A DNA stretch of 61,665 nucleotides, the filler included, from Squatina squatina (taxonomy: Eukaryota), in the NCBI GenBank assembly GCA_031763465.1. It is 4 parts of 3 records of this genome, joined end to end, with 100 filler letters (N's around TTAATTAATTAA, not from the genome) between each part and the next. Parts side by side here need not be neighbours in the genome. Positions count along the whole stretch, not along the records: positions 45,687 to 61,665 come from JARFOE010000162.1; 3 more parts are not named here. One strand, given 5' to 3'. How positions within the stretch are numbered: the first letter of the stretch is position 1; the number at the start of each line of letters is the position of its first letter. The notes beneath the pieces are model-generated. The model had not been told where the DNA came from. It was given only the letters and a program-made list of their open reading frames with translations, and did no database searches. This document shows positions 52,988 to 61,665 of this stretch, one piece after another. The translations under genes were made by a program, and so were the position numbers.

Positions 52988-54304
52988 NNNNNNNNNNNNN
53001 NNNNNNNNNNNNNNNNNNNNNNNNNNNNNNNNNNNNNNNNNNNNNNNNNNNNNNNNNNNNNNNNNNNNNNNNNNNNNNNNNNNNNNNAAGTTGGTCCCGT
53101 GCTTAATAACAGCCAATGAGATTGCTAGAAAGTGACACTGATGGAACAGTCATGTGATTGGGAGAAAGTGGGACCATAGTCACATGGTTGCTATTGGCCA
53201 ATGAAGTTACTGTTAAAATTTTATATAGCTGTAGACCCTTCCTTTTGGGATTATTTCATTGTGCCTCATTGCTTATTGAATGGCAACATTTTTTTGTTTT
53301 GTGACATCAAGGTGTTTCAGCTACTTTACAGTTGGAGGAATCTGCTGTGCACTTACACTGACTATTCTGATCTCACATTCTCTCTGTGGATGGTCCAATT
53401 TCGGCTTGCATTTCACTTTGAAATGATCACTCATGGTATAAATTGCTGTTACATTGAAATAAATGTTTTCCATGTGCGATGTGAGTCTTAGATAAGTCGG
53501 CTCTTGAAAAACGAACAAGAGACCCCAGAGCTTTATTGAGTCGCTGCCAAGATACTTAATACACTGCAATTATACCAATAGTCTGTACAACTAAAGGCAG
53601 ATACAGAATATCTCTCCAAATTTAATCCCCTGGTCAAGCCTTGTCTAATGTAACTCTNNNNNNNNNNNNNNNNNNNNNNNNNNNNNNNNNNNNNNNNNNN
53701 NNNNNNNNNNNNNNNNNNNNNNNNNNNNNNNNNNNNNNNNNNNNNNNNNNNNNNNNNCAAGAATTAATTTCAAAAATATTGACTAGGTAGATTTAACACA
53801 TTGGTACATTATAGGGAATATCACATTTGCACCAGTGCACTTAATGCAATACTCCTCCTGTGTCAAATATTTAATTCAACAGCCGCAAATTTTGGTCTCA
53901 CCCCATTTGGGGGCGGTAATAGCCACAAGGCGGAAGTTCCTGCAGCAGGGCAGAAGTCCCGCCCTGCGACCTACATTCGGGTTACCGCCCCCGAGAGCGA
54001 GTGGAATGCAAAATATTGGGCTCCACTTCCTCAGTGGGGCGGGAGCGGGGCGCAAAGCCTCCGTGAAGTTCACAGTGCTATGCGATGGGAGGCATAGCGC
54101 TGGCACGTAGATAGGCCTTCCCCTTCATTAAAGGGAAGGCCAAGCTGCCTACTCTGTGGGCAGGAAACGGGGCCTTCCCTGGACCACCAGTGGGATGCCA
54201 TGGATTTCCGTGGAAATTGGTAGCGGCGCCGAGCCTGGGTGAAAAATTGCCCCACTGGCGTCCCCGGGGATGCTACCAGGAGGCACAAACCCCCTGCATT
54301 TCTC

Positions 54305-54820
54305 CCCTCGAAGGTTTTGGATTCAAACTCCATTCTGAACTTGAGCACATAAGCTGGGCGGACACTAAAGTGCAGTACCAAGGGAGTGCCGCATTGTCAG
54401 TGGTGCTATCCATGGATGAGACATTAAGACCAGGCCCTTTCCACCTACTCTAATGATGATGGAATCTCCCAGCAAATTGTCGGATGAGTCTCAGTTGTTA
54501 TGGGCGAAAAGCCTGATCTAGGACGAGAACATGTGGCCGCACAGATTGCATTGAAGGCCAGACGAGTAGATGTAAAAGATCCTATGGCACTATGTGAAGA
54601 AGAGCAGGGAGGGATCCTGATTTTTTTCCATCAACTGAAATAGATTAACTGGTGATTTAATCTCGTTTGCGGCTGTGAGATCTTGTTCTACATAAGTTGT
54701 CAACTGTGCTTGCCAAAAAATACAGCGACTACACTTATAAACAAAATCATTGGTTGTGAAGCGCTTTGAGATGTCCGAACAACATGAAAGTTGCTATATA
54801 AATGCAGGATCTTTCTTTTT
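54305..54820 (+). mobile_element. Degenerate Deu-domain SINE interrupted by a ~113-bp insertion (~54451-54563)
   Basis: Head (ggattcaaactcc...cttgagcacat) and body/tail (gatgtaaaagatcctatggcact...ctatataaatgcag) are colinear with the other copies. Confidence 0.65.
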
Positions 54821-55765
54821 TACTGCAGGGCTTGTTGGCTTTACACACTTACCCATTGCAGGAGCTGACTGAAGACGGACTTTTAAAGGAACAGGAATCA
54901 TATTAGATCGAAAGCCACACAAAGGAAGGTCTTGAAATGGAAGAACCTTACTATAGGTCGGACTATTAAAACCTCTCATTAATTTGAAATAAAAATTGTC
55001 TACTTAGAGTATTTTGCCAAAGGCACAGCCAAGCAACATGGAGAACAGCAATTAAAATGTAACTGGAAGAAACAGGCCTGAGAGAGAAAGCAAAAGCACT
55101 TTTGCAATGGACAGGCCATCTGGATAAGACATGAAAACCCAACAGTGAATACTGGATATAACAGAAGTTGTGAATTAATGCTACCATAAAACCCTAATAG
55201 GATTGTAGGCGCTCATTGATCTCATTGGTCAACATCTGCTTTGATTACTACCATATTTACCTGAACCCATATCTTGTCAATCGTGCAGCTGTCACTGACT
55301 GGAATGCCATTAATATGCAGTGAGGACTTCTGTGCAGAAGCCAACTGTTAAACTGGGTCAGTGGTGGGATTGCTTCAATGAAAATTATCCTTCTGTTCAC
55401 CTTGATTAGTGAGTACATTTGTTGTCCTAACCATATGGAGGAAGAGTTGCATTTTTGTGCTCCTGAGGCTGAGGGATGTCATTACTGGGAAACATTTTTG
55501 TTTCCAGTGCCTCGCATTAAGAATGTCGAGGTCAGGTACACCAAGGAATAGATGCAGGTCAACGCTCCCTCTTCTGATAACCACAATCTCAGCAATTTCT
55601 ACAACTCCACGAGTGTGAAATTTCTATTTGTACATCAGTCATGTGACCCTCGTTCATGCATTCCTTGGTTTTGGATGTTGACTAGGCCGAGATTCCATAT
55701 TGTTCATTCCCTTTTGCTCTTATTCTTTGAAAAAAGGGGACAGTGTCATCCCAGTTTCTATGTAG

Positions 55766-55923
55766 TAAAAAGGGAGGGAGAGAGAAAATGGGGAATTATA
55801 GACCAGTTAGCCTGACATGGGGAAAATGCTGGAGTCCGTTATTAAAGATGTGATAGCAGCACATTTGGAAAGTGGTGAAATCATCGGACAAAGTCAGCAT
55901 GGATTTATGAAAGGTAAATCATG
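55766..55923 (+). mobile_element. CR1 RT fragment
   Basis: GNYRPVSLT...GKMLESVIKD...QSQHGFMKGKS; cut by a gap. Confidence 0.9.
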
Positions 55924-58900
55924 NNNNNNNNNNNNNNNNNNNNNNNNNNNNNNNNNNNNNNNNNNNNNNNNNNNNNNNNNNNNNNNNNNNNNNNNNNNNN
56001 NNNNNNNNNNNNNNNNNNNNNNNCAACTTATATTTATTTAGCGCCTTTAATATAGTAAAACATCTCAAGGCGCTTCACTGAAGCGATTATCCGACAAAAT
56101 TTGACATTTAAGAATCTAAAGTAGTAAAAAAACACTGCACCAGGGCAGATGTAAGACTGAAGTAAACATGGACAACATTTGGGCTGAGGCTGAAGATTTT
56201 GCTGAAGAATAAAATGGTCACTGAGCAAGCTAATAAGCTTGTGAACTGGAGTAAGATTATATGTGTTGCAGTACATTTTATCCAAAGATTTCTGGAATAT
56301 TTGGTAGAGAGCAGGCTGTAAATGTCACAATAAACTGAGTCAATGAAACCTTAGCTCAAGTCCAGCAGATCAAAAGATATGCAGGCTATTGTTATACAGT
56401 TTCTGATTGGCCAAAGCAGTAAAAAAATAATATGGAACACTGGAGAGAAATACAAGCACTCCTCGAAAAATGGTCATTGCCCTCAGCAGGAACTGTAACA
56501 GTGAACAGTAAATGGGTTCTTCTGATATTTCTCTCCTTAATCCATTTAAAGTAATTGGGTTGTTAAGATAGCAGACGGAGGAATTTCATATGACTGTGTT
56601 CCTGTTCTTGTCACTAATATTGCACAGCACATATTCAAACCATCCGGTTTATATACCAGAGGGCTCCCCATGGTGCTGCTCACAGCAAGTTGGATGATGC
56701 TCAGTTTTATAACAGTTTTATATCTATACCATGTCATGTACAGCATATTCTTCTGTTGCTGAATTGAAACGATGTTTCAGATGGTCTGCCCCTTTAAGAC
56801 CAAAATGACTAATGATTGCAAATAAGCAAAACAACTAATGACTGTAAATAATTACTGTAAATAAGTCATGTAGAGTCTAATTGCTGTTGGTGAGGGAAGA
56901 TTGCAGTTTGCTAAATACATGTAAATTTCTGGCATCAGTAGGAAAGGATCACCTGCCTTCCTCTATGCTTTTGTATTTTTGACACCTTGATATGTGAGAT
57001 GAGTACGATGCCTCAAGTGTGATGTCCTACTGTGACTGTGACAGGTGTCTCACAGGATAGGCCCATGAGACAGACACGGTTCTGTTTGTTGCCGAATCCA
57101 CCTTGCTTACACTGCACAGTAGATTTGTGATTGAAAATTTCCACCTTGTCTCAGACCTTGACCCCAGTGGCAAGGGAAGGGCCATTGAGGCCGACTCGCA
57201 GCTCGGCCTATCCGTGGCCAGCTAAATCGTACCGGTGATATTCAGCACTGTGAGTTCGCAACTATTTACACTTTCTATGAATAAAGGGGAAATTGGCCCT
57301 GAAATTGCGATTGGAGGCTTCGTGCGTGAAGTAGCCTCCGATTGCAAAAATGTCTACGAACTTACCTGACAGTCCTCGATCCACCCGAACTTGCGTTTTT
57401 AATCCCACACAGATGTCCATGTGCATCAGAGCTCTCTAGTTTCGTGGGGAAGCCTGTGGAGTGGTCACATGGNNNNNNNNNNNNNNNNNNNNNNNNNNNN
57501 NNNNNNNNNNNNNNNNNNNNNNNNNNNNNNNNNNNNNNNNNNNNNNNNNNNNNNNNNNNNNNNNNNNNNNNNGGTGCAGGCTCGAAGGGCCGAATGGTCT
57601 ACTCCTGCACCTATTTTCTATGTTTCTATGTTATCATTGCCCCAGCCACGTTTTGGTAATTCAGCACAGAACTGGGATTAAAGCTGAGCTCCTCCTGGTG
57701 TAATATGGCACCGACATGCTCTAGGCTGCGTTTTTTGTCAGCTGCATCATCAAATAGCGCTTTTTTAACTTTTAGTTGGCATTGAGACGCATTTTCAACC
57801 CAATTCTTCACCCAATGTTAAGGAACTCAATGCAGTTACAAGCGCAGGGAAACAAAAAAAGCCCTGATTAGTAGCAAATCTCATGAAAATATAAGAGCTT
57901 ATAAATATTGTTTGTGAATCTGCCTGGAAAAGACGACAATAGGTTCCATTTCATGTTATGGTGCAAAGCAGCCACTGTAGCCCATGGAGTAGATACGATG
58001 AGGCCAATCTCTCTGTCACCTATACCAAGAGTAAATTGTACATTCTGTACTGAGAGAGCCATTAATCTGCACCCAGGCTCTAACGCATTGCAGTACAAAC
58101 CATCCGTACTGGCGGGGCAAGGGGATGACTAATACAGGAAGGAACTTACTGCTAATTAAATCAAACGACAGGGTCAGGAAGCCACATCCAAAAATGAATG
58201 ACACAGCAGATATCGGCAGTGACTGCGCTGGTTAGTCACCTAATGGAGTGCTGGGAATTTTTGGCACCATTTTCATTCATAAAATGGACAGCGTCTAGCC
58301 GTATTAAAATTCTGATTAAATGAGGTAAGCATGCATAGCCAGGCCGCTTAGTAATGCAAGGCAATAAATATAAAAGCCTTTTAACTGATTAAGTTGATGT
58401 TCTTGAATCATGTCCTGGGGTTTGGGGAAACAATATTACTTTATCTTCGGTCAAATTGCAAGAGCCTGCAGCTTGGCATTGACACACTCAATATTAATAA
58501 TGTGATTGCATAAAAAATATNNNNNNNNNNNNNNNNNNNNNNNNNNNNNNNNNNNNNNNNNNNNNNNNNNNNNNNNNNNNNNNNNNNNNNNNNNNNNNNN
58601 NNNNNNNNNNNNNNNNNNNNCTCCCTCGTTACTACTGAAGTGGGGCTTGAACTGACAATCTTCCAGCACAGACATGATGGGCCGAATGGCCTCCTTCTGT
58701 GCCATAGGGTTCTCTGATTCAAAGCTTCTGTGGTGACAATACTGACAACTAAACCCAAGCTGAAATTTCCCAACTTGGATTTCTCCTGGACTTAAGTCAG
58801 GTTGAACAAAAGCCAATTTGATCATCCTTGGCACTGGAGTTTGGTAAGGGGCGATAAAGTGTTCATGTTGAAGGTCTGTCCAATTCTCTGAGTGAGCTGA

Positions 58901-59986
58901 AAAATCCTCTCTCTGAATGTTAATGGCACCATAATCTAGCTGTAGTAACTTAGGCTTCCTCTGTTCAAATATTTATGATAATACTTCAAACAGCAGCATT
59001 TCCTTTCAAGTAGAAATATTAGGCCTTTAAAAAGTCCAACCAATGACAAATCTTTGTAAAATGCACTCAACAAACACTCAAAATGCATAATGAAGATCTT
59101 GTCAGGTTATGGTGCATAAAATATTCACCATAAAGTCCCAACAACAGGCAATAAATGACTAGGATAATAGAGAGCCATTTACGTCTGCCTGCGTTAAATT
59201 GCTTTGTACTGTCTTCTGTGCTTTAGATTTGTGATACAGATGCTGCAGAGAGGGCACCTGTCAAGATCACAAGATACATACAATAATGAGGAAGGCCATT
59301 CACCTCATCTTAGCTTTACCATCCAGAAAGAACATGCAGTCCCCTCCTCTGCCGCCATCACATCAGCCCACTGTTTTTCAAATGGTGCCTGGGATTTCCT
59401 ATGGGCTGCTCTGCCCGGAAGCAAGGGGTAACCATTAAGACCGTGCAACCTGTGTGATCGCATGGGCTCCCGAGCCAGTCAGGGGTCCCAAGCGGGATCC
59501 GGCCAGCAGGATCCGGCGTTGAGTTTGGGCTGCCGGCACACAAAGGCGGCCGACCTCAGAACCTGCGGCCCGAAATCGCCGACCCCCGAACACACTTCAC
59601 TCCTGCCTTGCATGTCATGCTGNNNNNNNNNNNNNNNNNNNNNNNNNNNNNNNNNNNNNNNNNNNNNNNNNNNNNNNNNNNNNNNNNNNNNNNNNNNNNN
59701 NNNNNNNNNNNNNNNNNNNNNNATGGCCTACTCCTGTTCCTATTTCTTATGGTCTTATGGTCTCATCATTATTGTTTGTAAGTACTACATTCTATGTAAC
59801 TTTTTAGATCTCACTGTTGCTGTGTATTGTTCCACCTGTTAATAAATTTGACTATTAGTTTTAGCCTGCACATATTGGACTGCTGGTGAGGTATTTTCTG
59901 CCCTTTGAATGAGTCATGGGATCATGGCGGGTATCCCACATGACCTGAAAACAGATTTAGTGGGTAATTGGTAATCCGAGAAAGAC

Positions 59987-60109
59987 TGGGGGTGAAGCTG
60001 ATGTTGGGTGGTAGCCTGCCTTACACGTTGCTCGATCAGGTGGGGTGCAAAATGGGCTGCCTATTCGCTAGTGCTCTCTTTGCTACCGCCCTAGACGAAT
60101 TTCACCCCA
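59987..60109. mobile_element. ~123-bp MITE
   Basis: Ends tgggggtgaa / ttcacccca; the reverse complement of the right arm resembles 6997-7055. Confidence 0.6.
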
Positions 60110-60207
60110 GTGTGTTTATAGATGACTTGGTAGGCTTCTGGAAACGGGCAAAAGTGTTGGGAGCAATCCCAGTGACAGGCACACCAATTCTCCCTGGAGT
60201 TAGATCT

Positions 60208-60430
60208 GGTTAGGATCTGGAATGCACTGCCTGAAAGGTTGGCGGACGCAAGCTCAGTCACGGCTTTCAAAAGGGAGTTGGATAAGTACCTGAAGGAAAA
60301 GATTTTTACAGGGCGACAGGGAAAAGGGCGGAGGAGTGGGACTAGATGAGGTGCTCCTGCGGAGAGCTGACATGGACTCGATGGGCCAAATGGCCTTCTT
60401 CCGTGCTGTGACCAACCTATGATTCTATGA
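60208..60430 (+). mobile_element. CR1 3' end (short tails also at 35554-35650, 57573-57630, 59723-59762)
   Basis: WNALPERL..A.SVTAFKRELDKYL, then 3' UTR ending ctatgattctatga. Confidence 0.8.
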
Positions 60431-61195
60431 CCCGGCTGGGAAAATACACTGCGACTGCATCAAGTTGCAAAACGGAACCCTCCGTGTCGCGCCACTGGAA
60501 CTGCATTGTACACACGCGCATGAAAATTAATTGCAAACGTGCTAAAGCCTACTTGTTACAACTTGGAATTTGAAAGCCCACGGTATTTGATTCTGTTATA
60601 TTGAACCGTACAATTCAGTCATGTTTTTGTACATAAATTCCTCCACTGTTCAAACACACTGAAGAGAGGATTCCATCTTGAACAAAGGAAATAGACACGT
60701 CTTCTGTTCCATTATTCACTGCACGTAACACAACACATTCGAACTCCAACTGTGACTCTCACTTTCTTATAAGTGAGTAGCATCTACATCAATAATAAAA
60801 TTCTCAATACACCAATTTACCAGAACATTTGCAGCTGTTCAGTTCCAACCTATTAATTGGCAGCCATCCCCTGCTGATATATTTCCGATTGATTGGCCAG
60901 TTTCTTACCAGTCATTTGCCAACTAAGTTAATTTGTGGTCACAGTGGCACTATAAACGTAGGCTTCAAAATTAGCTGGCGCCTGCATGGCCTGGCCAATT
61001 GAGTGGCGGTTCGAAACCCCTCGTGCCAAAGCTTGAGCCACAAGTCTGATGGGGTAGGCTATTGTTTCTGTTCCTCTTGCCCCCCTCCTNNNNNNNNNNC
61101 CTCCTTGCATATTATGAACTCCCTCCTGTTGTAAGGGACATTTTAAGGCAGATTCACATTAAAGGAGTCCCACCGGCAGCAAGCACACATGTGTT

Positions 61196-61541
61196 GGCTG
61201 TGGCTCAGTGGTAGTACACACTGAGTTAGCAGGTTGTGGGTTCACGTCCCACTCCAGAGATTTGAGCACAAAATCCAGGCTGACACTCCAGTGCAGCACT
61301 GAGGGAGCTGCTGTCTGGGAGGATGAGACCTTAAACCAAGGCTCTGTCTGCCCTTTCAGGTGGAAGCAAAAGACTCCAAGGCATTATTTCGAAGAAGAGC
61401 AGGGCAGTTCTCCCTGGTATCCTGGCCAATATTTATCCCTCAACCAACATTGCTAAAACAGATTATATGGTCATTATTTCATTACTGCTGATATCGACTT
61501 GCTGTGTGCAAATTCCTACATTACAACAGTGACTAAACTTT
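61196..61541 (+). mobile_element. Deu-domain SINE lacking its 3' tail
   Basis: A-box TGGCTCAGTGG, B-box GGTTCACGTCC, cctggccaatatttatccc core. Confidence 0.8.
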
Positions 61542-61665
61542 AAGAAAGAAAGACTTGCATTTATATAGCACCTTTCACAACCACCGAATGTCTCAAAGAG
61601 TTTTGCAGCCAATGAAGTATTTTTGGAGTGTAGCCACTGTTGTAATGTGGGAAACGCAGCAGCCA
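61542..61665 (-). mobile_element. Deu-domain SINE 3' end running off the window
   Basis: aagaaagaaagacttgcatttatatagcacctttcac... is the reverse complement of the SINE tail. Confidence 0.8.

Noticed and set aside
57187-57208. Hairpin AGGCCGA-n8-TCGGCCT considered as part of an HDV-like ribozyme
   Set aside because: The nested double pseudoknot elements could not be found; a 7-bp stem is expected by chance

Overview
Vertebrate DNA, most likely from a cartilaginous fish (shark/ray) judging by its repeat families. It comes from a very fragmented assembly: 1-3 kb contigs joined by 100-N gaps, a few 10-N and ~200-N gaps, and three artificial N44-TTAATTAATTAA-N44 spacers. Most gaps hide far more than 100 bp, so distances and gene order are unreliable. 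Minus-strand genes are five exons of BRWD3 (most exons missing), an intact single-exon Qa-SNARE syntaxin (293 aa) with an unusual C-terminal anchor, and two phase-compatible exons of an unidentified gene. The rest is retroposon debris (Deu-domain tRNA SINEs, CR1 and L2 LINE fragments, a Ty3/Gypsy pol fragment), non-autonomous DNA transposons, a 2-kb 25-bp-unit minisatellite and AT-rich blocks that may be conserved non-coding elements. The best leads are the divergent syntaxin, a 106-bp TSD-flanked insert carrying a minimal hammerhead ribozyme core, and the unidentified gene. I see no convincing evidence for a large new multi-gene system. Family assignments come from recalled sequences, not database searches.
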